A stretch of 58,779 nucleotides of DNA from a virus (taxonomy: Duplodnaviria > Caudoviricetes). Where the stretch lies: positions 1 to 58,779 of the IMG/VR virus record IMGVR_UViG_3300022851_000005, one strand, 5' to 3'. Below, one piece after another: positions 1 to 9,941 of the stretch. The number at the start of each line of letters is the position of its first letter. Position 1 is the first letter of the stretch. The notes below the pieces were generated by a model. It ran no database searches and was not told the DNA's origin. It worked only from the letters and a program-made list of their open reading frames with translations. The translations under genes were made by a program, and so were the position numbers.

Positions 1-127
1 ACGGGGCGGGGAAGCTGATCGAGGGGCGACACTTACACATTTCCGACTCGTGGCACCTGACAAGCCCATTTGAGCCTCTAAACTTTGCCGAGTATGAATA
101 CCGCATCAAAGAGCAGCCAGAGAGTAT
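1..127. repeat. Terminal direct repeat copy 1 (identical to 58653-58779), probable circular assembly overlap
   Basis: acggggcggggaagctg...cagagagtat occurs at both ends; length 127 matches a common assembler k-mer and an ORF reads through it. Confidence 0.95.
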
Positions 128-251
128 CAAGGTTGAGGTGTGGTCGAGAGAAGGGGTGGTAATTGTCAAACAAGGCTTAAGTGTTCAAGAGCGCATGGAC
201 TTATTTTCTAGTGGTTGGGTCTTTAAGAAATCCGTAACCATAGAGGTGTAG
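1..251 (+). CDS. 3' part of a 95-aa hypothetical protein spanning the junction (starts at 58616)
   Basis: Frame from ATG 58616 (RBS aaggag) continues through the repeat to TAG at 249-251: MNTEEQIEIVKANGAGKLIEGRH...FAEYEYRIKEQPESIKVEVW...TIEV. Confidence 0.7.
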   Translation, partial: GAGKLIEGRHLHISDSWHLTSPFEPLNFAEYEYRIKEQPESIKVEVWSREGVVIVKQGLSVQERMDLFSSGWVFKKSVTIEV

Positions 252-346
252 AGCATGAGTAGAACCAAGCACCATCGAAGCCAGAAGCGTCCTTAACTTA
301 GAAAATAAAACACATAAAACATTATAAAAATAATAAGGAAAGATAA

Positions 347-565
347 ATGCAAGTAACAATTAATGATAAAGTCTATAACGTAGCAGAAATGTCACAAGAA
401 GCACAGGTATTAATTCAGAAATGTATTAATATGGAAACTCAAATTGAAGCTCTTAGTATAGCAAAACAAGCTTACAATAATGCTTTAGTAAAAGTAGTTA
501 ATTCTAATAAGCCTGTAGAAAATGATACTGAGAACCCTGAAGATAACAGTGCTAACTCTGAATAA
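347..565 (+). CDS. Hypothetical protein
   Basis: RBS aagga; coupled to the primase gene. Confidence 0.7.
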   Translation: MQVTINDKVYNVAEMSQEAQVLIQKCINMETQIEALSIAKQAYNNALVKVVNSNKPVENDTENPEDNSANSE

Positions 566-567
566 TT

Positions 568-2229
568 ATGGAGCCACGTTATTTTGTAAAGTTTAGGCAG
601 CCTTGCCCTTGCGGGGAAGGTTCAGATAATACAGGGATCAATAACGATGGTTCCGCTAAGTGCTTTAATTGCTCCAAGTTCTTTATAGACTATGAAGCAA
701 GCACAGAAGGTATAGATATAACACAAAAAGAAGAAAAACCAAAAAGAGAAATACTAAGCTTAGGTCAATTCGATGACATCCCTGAGCGTAAATTAAGTAG
801 AAATACTTGTCAGGCTTATAATGTTAAAGTAATAAAAGGTAATGAAGGTATAGTAAGACATATATATCCTTTATACGATGAAGAAGACAATGAGGTAGCA
901 CAGAAGATTAGGAACTGCGCTGATAAAAGCTTTGATATAAGAGGAGACTTTAAAAGAGCGACTCTATTTGGGCAGTCATTATTTAAAGCTGGTTCAGCTC
1001 GTTACATTACAGTAACAGAAGGTGAGCTAGATGCTATGGCAGCTTATCAGATGACAGGTTCTAAATACCCTTGTGTCTCCATTAGGAGTGGTAGCTCTGG
1101 AGCCTCTAAAGACTTTAAAGCTCAGATGGAATACTTAGAGTCCTTCGACAATGTAGTAATTTGTTTTGACCAAGACAGTGCAGGTAAAGAGGCTGTCAAA
1201 AGCGTATGTAAACTACTTACTCCCGGTAAGGTTAAGATAATGTCGATGCCTCTTAAAGATGCTAGTGATATGCTAGTGTCCAATAGATCTGGAGAGTTCC
1301 TTCAATGCTTTTGGGATTCTGAAAAGTATATCCCTTCAGGTATTGTTAATGTTAGTAAGAATAAAGATAAGTTTTTAAAGAGTATAAAAGAACTTAAAGA
1401 GATATCTTTTATCCCTTACCCTTGGAAAGGTCTTAATATTAAATTAGATGGTATTAATCTAGGTACATTAATTACTTTAACCGCTGGTGCAGGTCTAGGT
1501 AAGACTGCTGTTACTAGAGAACTTGAAGAACATTTACTTAACATTACAGATTTTAATGTAGGTATCATGGCTCTTGAAGAGAATGAGACTCAGACTACTT
1601 TAGGTCTAATGTCTGTCAAAGCAGGTGTACCTTTATTTAGAAAGCATATATTAGCTGAGTATCCAGAAGCTAAACTCGAACAGTTACATGAGACTACCTT
1701 CGGAGGTGATAGAGAAGACAGAGTACATATACATAGTCATCTAGGTATTCAAACTATTGAAGATATCTTTGCTAAGCTTAGATTTTTAATGGTAGGGTGC
1801 GATTGTAAAATTGTAATCTTCGACCACCTTCATATGCTAATCGCATCTCATGGGGGATCAGATGAGCGTATAGTTATTGATGAGATTATGGTAAGACTAC
1901 GTAGTCTTATAGAAGAGACAGGTACAACTCTTATACTAGTAAGCCATCTACGTAGGGCTATGGGTGATAAAGGGCATGAACAAGGTGTTGAGGTATCCTT
2001 AAGCCACCTTAGAGGCTCTCAGTCTATTGCTCAGGTATCTGATGTAGTGATAGCACTAGAGCGTAACCAGCAGGCTGAAGATGATAGGGACGCTAACACA
2101 ACTACTGTTAGAGTACTTAAGTCTAGACATACTGGAGAGACAGGTATAGCTTGTAAGTTATATTTTGATAGGCACTCTGGTAGGCTAGAAGAACTTGGAG
2201 AGGAGTTAGAGTTTGACGAATTTAAATAA
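568..2229 (+). CDS. T7 gp4-like DNA primase/helicase
   Basis: N-terminal Zn finger (CPC...CFNC), TOPRIM (TEGELDAM, FDQD), Walker A AGAGLGKT, DHLH, SHLRR, LRGSQSIAQVSD, KSRHTGETG. Confidence 0.96.
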   Translation: MEPRYFVKFRQPCPCGEGSDNTGINNDGSAKCFNCSKFFIDYEASTEGIDITQKEEKPKREILSLGQFDDIPERKLSRNTCQAYNVKVIKGNEGIVRHIYPLYDEEDNEVAQKIRNCADKSFDIRGDFKRATLFGQSLFKAGSARYITVTEGELDAMAAYQMTGSKYPCVSIRSGSSGASKDFKAQMEYLESFDNVVICFDQDSAGKEAVKSVCKLLTPGKVKIMSMPLKDASDMLVSNRSGEFLQCFWDSEKYIPSGIVNVSKNKDKFLKSIKELKEISFIPYPWKGLNIKLDGINLGTLITLTAGAGLGKTAVTRELEEHLLNITDFNVGIMALEENETQTTLGLMSVKAGVPLFRKHILAEYPEAKLEQLHETTFGGDREDRVHIHSHLGIQTIEDIFAKLRFLMVGCDCKIVIFDHLHMLIASHGGSDERIVIDEIMVRLRSLIEETGTTLILVSHLRRAMGDKGHEQGVEVSLSHLRGSQSIAQVSDVVIALERNQQAEDDRDANTTTVRVLKSRHTGETGIACKLYFDRHSGRLEELGEELEFDEFK

Positions 2230-2452
2230 TACTAAATTAAAAGATAATAACGGAGACTTTATAGAGTGTAAAGGTTGTAAATTATTTTTATGGGATTCTA
2301 GTCGTGTTAGCTTTTTAGGTACAGAAATATTTCATAGCCTTGAATGTAGGGATTCCTATCTGATTAGATTAGTAGTTGACTTAAATGAAAAGGTAGTAGA
2401 TTTAGAGGCTGAAGTAAGCTATTTAACAAATAAGGAAGTCCCTTATTTATGA
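2213..2452 (+). CDS. Hypothetical protein
   Basis: RBS gaggag, TTG start, operon context. Confidence 0.55.
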   Translation: MTNLNNTKLKDNNGDFIECKGCKLFLWDSSRVSFLGTEIFHSLECRDSYLIRLVVDLNEKVVDLEAEVSYLTNKEVPYL

Positions 2453-2652
2453 ATAAATGGATAGATGTTAACGACCGCTTACCTACTTCAGATAAAGTTA
2501 TGAAGTATAATGTACGTACTATAGAAGGTAGCTTTCAACCTAAAGAAGGAGAAGGAGTCGTACTAGGTAAACTATATCCTACAGGCTTTAGATTTATTAC
2601 AGGCGATTGGTTTCATGTAACTCATTGGAGACATTATAGTAATGAAATATAA
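2449..2652 (+). CDS. DUF551-like small phage protein
   Basis: WIDVNDRLP ... VTHWR pattern. Confidence 0.6.
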   Translation: MNKWIDVNDRLPTSDKVMKYNVRTIEGSFQPKEGEGVVLGKLYPTGFRFITGDWFHVTHWRHYSNEI

Positions 2653-2764
2653 TAAAGATTTCCCAGATTGGATAGACGACGTGTTAAATCTAACTTTCCT
2701 AATTGTATTAATTATTATACTAGGCGCAATTTTAATCTTATAAAATAAATAAAAAGAATAATAA

Positions 2765-4549
2765 ATGAAAATACTATTTGATGCTGAAGGGGACGGCTTG
2801 TTCCCTACGAGGCTTTGGTGCTTCTCATTAATTGATATCGACACCAGAGAAATTACAGAATATGGCCCTAAAGATATCGAAGCAGGGCTTAAACATTTAC
2901 AGAAAGCTGATGTGCTTATTGGACACAATATTATAGGTTACGATCTACCTCATATTAAAAGACTTTATGGAGTAGACTTTGAAGGTACTAAGATTATAGA
3001 TACCTTAGTACTATCTAGACTTAATAATCCTATACAAGAAGGACTACATAGCCTTCAAACTTGGGGCGTTAAGATGGGCTTCCCTAAAGTAGAGCATGAG
3101 TGTTGGTCTCAGTATACTAAGGGAATGCAGAATCGCTGCACTATGGATGTAAGGTTAAACCTTAAAGTCTACTTGTATCTTATTAAAAATATGCAACCAT
3201 TCTCTCAGGACTGTATAGACTTAGAACATGAAGTAGCTTATATTATGAGAGACCAACAAATTTACGGTTGGTTGTTTGATATTAGAGGGGCTGAACAACT
3301 ATTAGCTAAAGTACAGGATGAACTAGGTACTATTGAAGATAGAGTTCATGAGACCTTTAAACCTAAACAGTTAGTAGACAAAGTAGTAACACCTAAAATA
3401 AAGAAAGACGGTAACTTATCTAGGAGCGGCTTAAGACCTGAAGAGTTTGAAGCTGTTGAACTTAGTGGAAATAGGAGTCCTTTTAATCGCTATTACACTC
3501 AAGTGTTTAACTTATCTTCTAGATCACAGATAGCCTTATGGCTTCAAGACTTCGGATGGAAGCCTACAGTATTTACTGAGAATAGTAAAGCAGAACATAA
3601 GAAAGATAAGTCTAAGTCTCTTAAGCCTAAGATGGATGAAACAGTCCTTGAAGGTATTAAAGGTATACCAGAAGCCGATTTAATTAACGACTTCCTTGGG
3701 GTCTCTAAGATTAGAGGGTTTCTTGAAAACTGGTTAGACTCTGTAGAAGAAGATGGTAGGCAACATGGACATGTTAATCCTATGGGAGCTGTTACAGGAC
3801 GTATGAGTCATAGTAAGCCTAACCTTGCTCAGGTTCCTAGTAAGCGTAAGAAGTTTGGTATGGAATGTAGAGATTTATTTACTGTACCAGAAGGTTATAC
3901 TTTATTAGGTATGGATGCCCAAGGTTTAGAGTTAAGGATGTTAGCTCATTATATGGATAAACCTTCTTATACACTTACAGCATCTACTGGAGACTCTAAA
4001 TTAGGTACAGACGCCCATACTGTTAACATGAAAGCAGCAGGTTTAACTGACAGAGATCAAGCTAAGACTATGTACTATGCTCTTATATATGGGGCTGGTG
4101 ATAAGAAGATGGGTTCTATTGTAGGAGGAGGTATTCAAGATGGTAAGCTCATTAAGTCTAATCTCTTTGGAGAGCTACCAGAGCTTGAAGATCTTATCTA
4201 TAGAGCACAAGCAGCAGCACAACGAGGTTACATTAGAGGTATTGATGGGCGACTTATTCGTATTAGGGCTGTTTACTCTGCACTTAATACCCTACTACAA
4301 GGAGGAGGGGCAGTGATTATGAAGAGGGCTTTAGTTATATTAAAGAGTAAAGCTGATAAAGCTGGTCTAGATTATCACTTTGTAGGTAATGTTCATGATG
4401 AGATTCAAAGCGAAGTAGCTGATGAGCACGTAGAGGCTTTCAAACTATTAGCTTTAGAAGCTATGGTAGAAGCTGGAGAGTACTATGATATGAAATGCCC
4501 TATGGAAGGTAGTGTAGGTATAGGATCTTCATGGGCTGAGACACACTAA
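2765..4549 (+). CDS. DNA polymerase family A (T7 gp5-like) with 3'-5' exonuclease
   Basis: ExoI DAE, ExoII GHNIIGYD, TGRMSH, motif A DAQGLELR, motif B KTMYYALIYG, motif C VHDE. Confidence 0.97.
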   Translation: MKILFDAEGDGLFPTRLWCFSLIDIDTREITEYGPKDIEAGLKHLQKADVLIGHNIIGYDLPHIKRLYGVDFEGTKIIDTLVLSRLNNPIQEGLHSLQTWGVKMGFPKVEHECWSQYTKGMQNRCTMDVRLNLKVYLYLIKNMQPFSQDCIDLEHEVAYIMRDQQIYGWLFDIRGAEQLLAKVQDELGTIEDRVHETFKPKQLVDKVVTPKIKKDGNLSRSGLRPEEFEAVELSGNRSPFNRYYTQVFNLSSRSQIALWLQDFGWKPTVFTENSKAEHKKDKSKSLKPKMDETVLEGIKGIPEADLINDFLGVSKIRGFLENWLDSVEEDGRQHGHVNPMGAVTGRMSHSKPNLAQVPSKRKKFGMECRDLFTVPEGYTLLGMDAQGLELRMLAHYMDKPSYTLTASTGDSKLGTDAHTVNMKAAGLTDRDQAKTMYYALIYGAGDKKMGSIVGGGIQDGKLIKSNLFGELPELEDLIYRAQAAAQRGYIRGIDGRLIRIRAVYSALNTLLQGGGAVIMKRALVILKSKADKAGLDYHFVGNVHDEIQSEVADEHVEAFKLLALEAMVEAGEYYDMKCPMEGSVGIGSSWAETH

Positions 4550-4557
4550 ATAAACCT

Positions 4558-4824
4558 TTGAGAAAACTTATGAGTCATGAGACTTTTGAATTAATATGGT
4601 TAGTGGTAGCTATAATGAGTGTACCCTTATCTTATGTATACCTATACTTTTATCCTAAAGATAAACAGATAGCCTCTTGGATATTCATAGGTTGTTGTTT
4701 TTTACCTATGACACTTATGGCTCTAACTATGGCGGTTATAGTATGGCCTATTATTTTAGGAGTAACAAAGTTTGGAGAGTATGTATCTATTAAAGGTACG
4801 GAAAGACTTAAAAATAAAGGATAG
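4558..4824 (+). CDS. Hypothetical membrane protein (start may be ATG 4570)
   Basis: Two hydrophobic segments. Confidence 0.55.
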   Translation: MRKLMSHETFELIWLVVAIMSVPLSYVYLYFYPKDKQIASWIFIGCCFLPMTLMALTMAVIVWPIILGVTKFGEYVSIKGTERLKNKG

Positions 4825-4829
4825 GATTT

Positions 4830-5078
4830 ATGAATCTTAACGTAAGGCTATTAAACTTAAAGAAACTATATGGCCCTAAAAGTTCTCTAAAAGTAACAAA
4901 CAATCAAGACCATGTACGAATGACAGCCTCAGTATATGCAAAGGAGGATCTAGTAGAGTACTCTGTATCTATACCTTATCAAACTAACACAGCCTTTATG
5001 GAGAGTCTATTAGACCAAGCCTTTGATAACTGTATGATGAAATTAGGGAATAAACTAGCAATTAATGAGGGATCTTAA
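4830..5078 (+). CDS. Hypothetical protein
   Basis: RBS agga, operon context. Confidence 0.6.
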   Translation: MNLNVRLLNLKKLYGPKSSLKVTNNQDHVRMTASVYAKEDLVEYSVSIPYQTNTAFMESLLDQAFDNCMMKLGNKLAINEGS

Positions 5079-5455
5079 TGAAAATATTTGATAGTAGTAT
5101 GGGTAATTGGGGAGATAAAGTAAACTTCGTAGATGAAGAGAATGTTTTTGTAGGTTATGATACTGGCCAAAAGTGCTGTGAACACGCTGATTGGATTATA
5201 GCTAATAAGATTGTACCATATAAAGATATGGAGTTTGATTGGGCAACACCTAATACAGAGGGTTATATTTTTGATACTAAATACTTTAACGAAATAGATG
5301 AACCTGACTCAGACGTTTCAGTTATAGCTTTTAAACTTATACACCAAGATCAAGTAGATCTTTACCTACATATATTTAACGTTCATAATGGTTATTATTA
5401 TCATGGCTTTACATTTAAAGATGGTGATAAGGTTATACAAGAGGGTGAATTGTAA
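5078..5455 (+). CDS. Hypothetical protein (Q-x-CCE / NGYY phage family)
   Basis: QKCCE and HNGYY motifs; TAATG coupling. Confidence 0.65.
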   Translation: MKIFDSSMGNWGDKVNFVDEENVFVGYDTGQKCCEHADWIIANKIVPYKDMEFDWATPNTEGYIFDTKYFNEIDEPDSDVSVIAFKLIHQDQVDLYLHIFNVHNGYYYHGFTFKDGDKVIQEGEL

Positions 5456-6045
5456 TGACAGCTATACTACTACATAATCCTAAAGCTATATTCCTTAAGA
5501 CTCCTGAGACCGAATCAGATAAAGTAATAGCTTTATGGCCTGATAGTAATGAGGACAGAGAGATTTCTATTGAATCTCATATACCTAAAAAATATCCTAA
5601 TCACTTTAAGTTTGGATTTGTAAGACATCCCTTTGATAGGTTCGTCAGTTGTTATTATACATATGTTAAAGATTTCGATATACTAATGTCTTTCGAGCAC
5701 TTCATTGATAAGGCCCTATATGAACAGGACTATTATTCTACTTGGTCGCTTACTGTACGCACTCTACCTATGTCTAATGAGTTAAACCTTTTACAACATG
5801 CAGACTTCATAGGTAAGTATGAGAACTTTAAAAAGGATATAGAAGCTATATCTGCATATGTAGGCTTGACAAATACATTAGAACATGTTACAGTAACTGT
5901 AGACAATAAGACATGGGAGGAAGCTATAGGTACACTTAATGAAGAGTACTATAATAAACTATTAGACTATTATAGAACAGACTTCAATACATACTGTTAT
6001 CCTATATTAGAATATGAAGTACTTAATAGCCTGTCCGGGGCCTAG
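5455..6045 (+). CDS. Sulfotransferase family 2-like protein, 5' PAPS motif degenerate
   Basis: FKFGFVRHPFDRFVSCY, DFIGKYEN, YYRTDF; N-terminal AIFLKTPETES in place of FIHIPKTGGTS. Confidence 0.7.
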   Translation: MTAILLHNPKAIFLKTPETESDKVIALWPDSNEDREISIESHIPKKYPNHFKFGFVRHPFDRFVSCYYTYVKDFDILMSFEHFIDKALYEQDYYSTWSLTVRTLPMSNELNLLQHADFIGKYENFKKDIEAISAYVGLTNTLEHVTVTVDNKTWEEAIGTLNEEYYNKLLDYYRTDFNTYCYPILEYEVLNSLSGA

Positions 6046-6565
6046 CCTTACTAAGGAAGATATAGAATATGGTAAAGGAAAAACAGATAAGCTTATACTT
6101 GTTAATGGGGCTAATGCTCTTTATCCTATTAGTGATAGTAATATCACACGGTATAGTTCGGATGCAAAGTGGGTCAGAATGTACAAGCATTATGATAACA
6201 TCGTGTGTCCCTTTGAAACAGAAGTTACCTCAGAAAGGGTTGACTCCGAGAGAGGAAGAGGTTTTAGTACTACCGTTTTACGCTTAGGACACTGCTCAGG
6301 ATTTGCAGCAGTAAGCTTAGCACTTTTAAGTGGTGCCAAAGAGATATACTTATTAGGTTATGACATGGGTATTATTGATAATCAAGCCCATTTCTTTGGA
6401 GACTATCCAGAGACTCTACACAAAAAGAGTCCATATGAAAAGTTCATAGAAGACTTTGAAGTTTCTAAACAAGACTTGAGTCTCTTTGGTGCCACTATTT
6501 TTAACTGTACAATTGGATCAAAACTAATAACATTCCCTATAAGTAATATTAGGGACGTACTATAA
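6014..6565 (+). CDS. DUF115/MptE/Maf-like Rossmann-type putative transferase
   Basis: GPSL, VNGA, SGFAAVSLALLSGAKEIYLLGYD, HFFG, IFNCT. Confidence 0.7.
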   Translation: MKYLIACPGPSLTKEDIEYGKGKTDKLILVNGANALYPISDSNITRYSSDAKWVRMYKHYDNIVCPFETEVTSERVDSERGRGFSTTVLRLGHCSGFAAVSLALLSGAKEIYLLGYDMGIIDNQAHFFGDYPETLHKKSPYEKFIEDFEVSKQDLSLFGATIFNCTIGSKLITFPISNIRDVL

Positions 6566-6588
6566 ACTCATAAATAAAAATAATAATA

Positions 6589-7038
6589 ATGAGAAAAACT
6601 TGTAGAAATAAAGGATGTAATAATGTCCTTGAGCCTACAGCCAAGGCAGGCGCTCGTAACGTTTACTGTATACCTTGTGACCGTAAAGGTAATAGGATAA
6701 GGATGCGTAACTTAAGAGCTAAACGAACTGCGGCTAAGGTAGGTAAATTATATTATAGACCTAAACATGGTTGTGTATATGTTATATATAATCCAAACTT
6801 TAAAGGCTGGTTAAAAGTAGGATGTGCTTTAGATGCAGAAGACAGGCTTAATGCTTTTCAGACTGCTGATCCTTATAGAGGCTTTCAGCTTCTTTACTTT
6901 AGAACAGCTTCTAATAAACTAAGATCAGAGACTCAAGTACATGATGAACTAACTAAACTCTATGAACGTAAAGGAGAGTGGTTCTTTGCTAAACCAAATG
7001 ATGTAATAAAAATAATAGGTGAACTAGAATGGAACTAA
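6589..7038 (+). CDS. T5orf172/GIY-YIG-like nuclease with N-terminal Zn finger
   Basis: CRNKGC..CIPC; VYVIYNP..WLKVG..DRLNAFQT..E..VH..GEWF. Confidence 0.75.
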   Translation: MRKTCRNKGCNNVLEPTAKAGARNVYCIPCDRKGNRIRMRNLRAKRTAAKVGKLYYRPKHGCVYVIYNPNFKGWLKVGCALDAEDRLNAFQTADPYRGFQLLYFRTASNKLRSETQVHDELTKLYERKGEWFFAKPNDVIKIIGELEWN

Positions 7039-7232
7039 GTACTATAGCCGCTATATTTCTAGGGGCTTGTATAATAACAGTTATAGAGTGTGTATTAGTA
7101 GATATAGTTATTAAGGCTAAAGCTACTACACCTATGGAATTACTTATGGCTAACCAAGCCGAGGTTGAAAATTGGTTTATAATAGGCTCTATCTGTGTGT
7201 GGGTAGCGATAGGTATTGTTATATGGAGTTAA
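7029..7232 (+). CDS. Hypothetical membrane protein
   Basis: Two hydrophobic segments. Confidence 0.5.
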   Translation: MELSTIAAIFLGACIITVIECVLVDIVIKAKATTPMELLMANQAEVENWFIIGSICVWVAIGIVIWS

Positions 7233-7356
7233 TAATTGTATTTTTAGTAGCTCTAAGTATGTCAGCTATACAGTACAAAACTGTACAGGATATAGATTAT
7301 TTTTTATTAACTGGATACGTTACAGTAATTAGCGCTATTTTAATAGGAGTAAGCAA

Positions 7357-8214
7357 ATGCCTGACCTATCTAGTTTAGTACCTGATATATACAAACTCAC
7401 AGCTAAACTAAACACAGGAGAAGAAATACTAACTAATCTAGAGGAGCATATTCCTCGGTTTCTTAGTGACATTGAAGAAGCCTTAAGAGGCTGGGCAGTA
7501 CCTCAAGATAGAAGTAGGCAGGACGGGCTACGTATGTCCAATATAGGTAAGCCTAATCGTCGTTTGTATTTTGATATTAATACAGAAGAAGTACCTTTAG
7601 AAGATCCATCACTGCAAATTAAATTCCTATATGGTCATATCATCGAACAGATGGTTATGCTTTTAGTACGCTCTTCAGGACATGAAGTAACTAGAGTACA
7701 GGATGAAGTTATTGTAGAGGGTATTAAAGGTCATATGGATAGTGTGATTGATGGAGAAGTAGTAGATGTTAAGACCGCTTCGCCCTTTGGGTTCACTAAG
7801 TTTGTGACAGGAGCTATAGTAGAAGACGATCCTTTTGGATATATGGCACAGATAGCGGGCTATGAAGCTAACAACGGTACAAGTAAAGGTGGTAATCTAG
7901 TTATTAATAAAGTAACTGGAGAGTTATGTTTATTCATACCTACTCACCTTGATAAGCCTAACATACTTACACGTATTGCTGAAGTTAAAAAGATAAAAGA
8001 CCTTGACACGCCTCCTCCTTTGTGCTATCCTGATATAGCAGATGGGAAATCAGGCAATACTATCGTTAATAGAAAATGTAATTATTGTCCTCACATCGAA
8101 GAATGCCGTAAAGATTCTAATGACGGAATGGGGATACGTAAGTTTAAGTATTCTAACGGTGTTAAATATTTCACCGAGGTTCTTAAAGAGCCTAAAGTAG
8201 ATGAGATTAAATGA
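7357..8214 (+). CDS. PD-(D/E)XK Cas4/RecB-like exonuclease
   Basis: RMSNIGKP, GHMD..VDVK, QIAGY, C-terminal CNYCP..C. Confidence 0.85.
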   Translation: MPDLSSLVPDIYKLTAKLNTGEEILTNLEEHIPRFLSDIEEALRGWAVPQDRSRQDGLRMSNIGKPNRRLYFDINTEEVPLEDPSLQIKFLYGHIIEQMVMLLVRSSGHEVTRVQDEVIVEGIKGHMDSVIDGEVVDVKTASPFGFTKFVTGAIVEDDPFGYMAQIAGYEANNGTSKGGNLVINKVTGELCLFIPTHLDKPNILTRIAEVKKIKDLDTPPPLCYPDIADGKSGNTIVNRKCNYCPHIEECRKDSNDGMGIRKFKYSNGVKYFTEVLKEPKVDEIK

Positions 8215-8444
8215 ACGGGAAAAAATGTAAAGATCTAAGAAAACAAGCAGACTCTATAGTCCTTGAGTGGGTTAAGAGTCTTCTTAGTGAAGAAGATTGT
8301 GATAAGGTTAATATAAATAATCTATATAAGCACCTTCCAGACGAGGATTACTACCATGCAAATAGTAGTAGAAGGCTTAATATAATGAGTCCTCGTTGGG
8401 TCTATAAAAAGCTTAAGGGGGGTAAAGCTATTGCCCTATCGTAA
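8211..8444 (+). CDS. Hypothetical protein
   Basis: ATGA coupling; lies between exonuclease and endonuclease genes. Confidence 0.65.
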   Translation: MNGKKCKDLRKQADSIVLEWVKSLLSEEDCDKVNINNLYKHLPDEDYYHANSSRRLNIMSPRWVYKKLKGGKAIALS

Positions 8445-8895
8445 ACCAAAGAAAGAGAGGAAAAAAGAAGTAGGAGTACCTAAAGGATATGATTCTAAGT
8501 TTGAACTATATTTAGATAAGAAAGTATTATCTAATAAATGGTTCTATGTAGCTACTCCTGACCCTGATCCTATTCATTATAGTGTTCCTCATACTTACCA
8601 CACAGATTTTGTTATGGAAGATGGGGATAATATAATATATTTAGAGGCTAAAGGACGCTTCTGGGACTATCAAGAGTATAATAAATATATATGGGTACGT
8701 GAATCCCTCTCAGAGAATGAGGAGCTAGTATTTTTATTTGCTTCACCTCATGCAGCTATGCCTGCTACAAAGAGGCGTAAAGATGGTACTAAGTTCTCTC
8801 ATGCTGAGTGGGCTACTAAGAATAAATTTAGGTGGTATGACGAATTTAATTTACCAGAGGAGTGGAAACTAAATGACCCTAGAACAGATGGTTAA
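8431..8895 (+). CDS. T7 endonuclease I-like Holliday junction resolvase
   Basis: YDSKFE, YHTDF, LEAKGRF, W..KNKF pattern of T7 gp3-like enzymes. Confidence 0.85.
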   Translation: MPYRKPKKERKKEVGVPKGYDSKFELYLDKKVLSNKWFYVATPDPDPIHYSVPHTYHTDFVMEDGDNIIYLEAKGRFWDYQEYNKYIWVRESLSENEELVFLFASPHAAMPATKRRKDGTKFSHAEWATKNKFRWYDEFNLPEEWKLNDPRTDG

Positions 8896-9008
8896 CTTTG
8901 AGGAGGTATTTATATTTAGCGGGTGGACATATAAGTCATTTGCTACGTTAGTATTGAAACCTATTGGAGTTAGTAAAAAGGATCGTAAGCAATTGAAGAG
9001 GTTTCTAG

Positions 9009-9674
9009 GTGAGTAAAATACTAGGTACAGTCGCAGAAGTAAAAACTTATAACCTTCGGTGGATAGATACATGTATAAATGTATTAGGAGATAAAGTACC
9101 CTTAGATAAATGGCTATTAGCTCTTGAATACGAAAAACAAATAGGAATTCAATTTGAAGATAAAGATAAAATATACGCAAATGCTAAATATCCTATTCAT
9201 TTTATAGGTTCTTTACCTGAAGACGCCCAAGCAAGAAAGGACGTACCAATCTATACAGGCTTTTTAAAGTATTTTCCTAAAGCCATTGTAGCCGTTACAG
9301 AACTAAGCCTTCAAGGTAATAAGCAGCATCATCCTGATAAGCCTTTACATTGGGATAAAAGTAAATCTACTGATGAACTAGATGCGTTAACTAGACATCT
9401 ATTAGACTCAGGGACTTACGATTCTGATGGAGTTCTTCATGATGTTAAAGTAGCTTGGAGAGCTATGGCAAACTTAGAAAGGAAACTAGATGCGGGTTTG
9501 AAGTTTAAACAAGAACTACCTACTGCTTATAACACAGCCTTAAAAGAAGCTACACATGGTACTGGAAAGCCTAAAGTACGCTTTACGTATACTCCAGATA
9601 ATAAATCATGGCCTAGTCTAGATACATTTTACGACACCAAGGACTTTATTAATAATAGTGATAAGGGGGATTAA
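9009..9674 (+). CDS. dATP/dGTP diphosphohydrolase-domain protein (DUF5664-like)
   Basis: G..QH..W.K....DALTRHL...H..VAWRAMA motif set. Confidence 0.7.
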   Translation: MSKILGTVAEVKTYNLRWIDTCINVLGDKVPLDKWLLALEYEKQIGIQFEDKDKIYANAKYPIHFIGSLPEDAQARKDVPIYTGFLKYFPKAIVAVTELSLQGNKQHHPDKPLHWDKSKSTDELDALTRHLLDSGTYDSDGVLHDVKVAWRAMANLERKLDAGLKFKQELPTAYNTALKEATHGTGKPKVRFTYTPDNKSWPSLDTFYDTKDFINNSDKGD

Positions 9675-9676
9675 TT

Positions 9677-9940
9677 ATGAGCTTATTACTTCTATTCGCT
9701 GCTCAGTTTGTTAATATATTTCTAAGAGCTTTCCAACAACGTAACGTAGCTCACATGCATTATATACCTATACTTCCAATTAGTACCCTAATGGCCTTGA
9801 CAGAAGTGTTCGTTATTGGTACAATAGCTATTCAGACTATATCTAACCAGATAGGCTGGGAAGAAGTAGCAGCCTTAGCACTAGGAGGCGGTACAGGATG
9901 TATAGTGAGTATGTATTTACATAATAAGGTGTTTAAATAA
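9677..9940 (+). CDS. Hypothetical membrane protein
   Basis: Three hydrophobic segments; RBS ggggg. Confidence 0.6.
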   Translation: MSLLLLFAAQFVNIFLRAFQQRNVAHMHYIPILPISTLMALTEVFVIGTIAIQTISNQIGWEEVAALALGGGTGCIVSMYLHNKVFK

Positions 9941-9941
9941 T

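Noticed and set aside
1-127. 127-bp end repeat as a biological terminal repeat
   Set aside because: Length equals a common assembler k-mer, it falls inside an ORF, and the arm divergence with repeat arrays lies at 38.5-39.4 kb
7357-8214. Cas4 as part of a CRISPR system
   Set aside because: Stand-alone Cas4-like exonucleases are usual in phage replication modules; no cas1/cas2 or array
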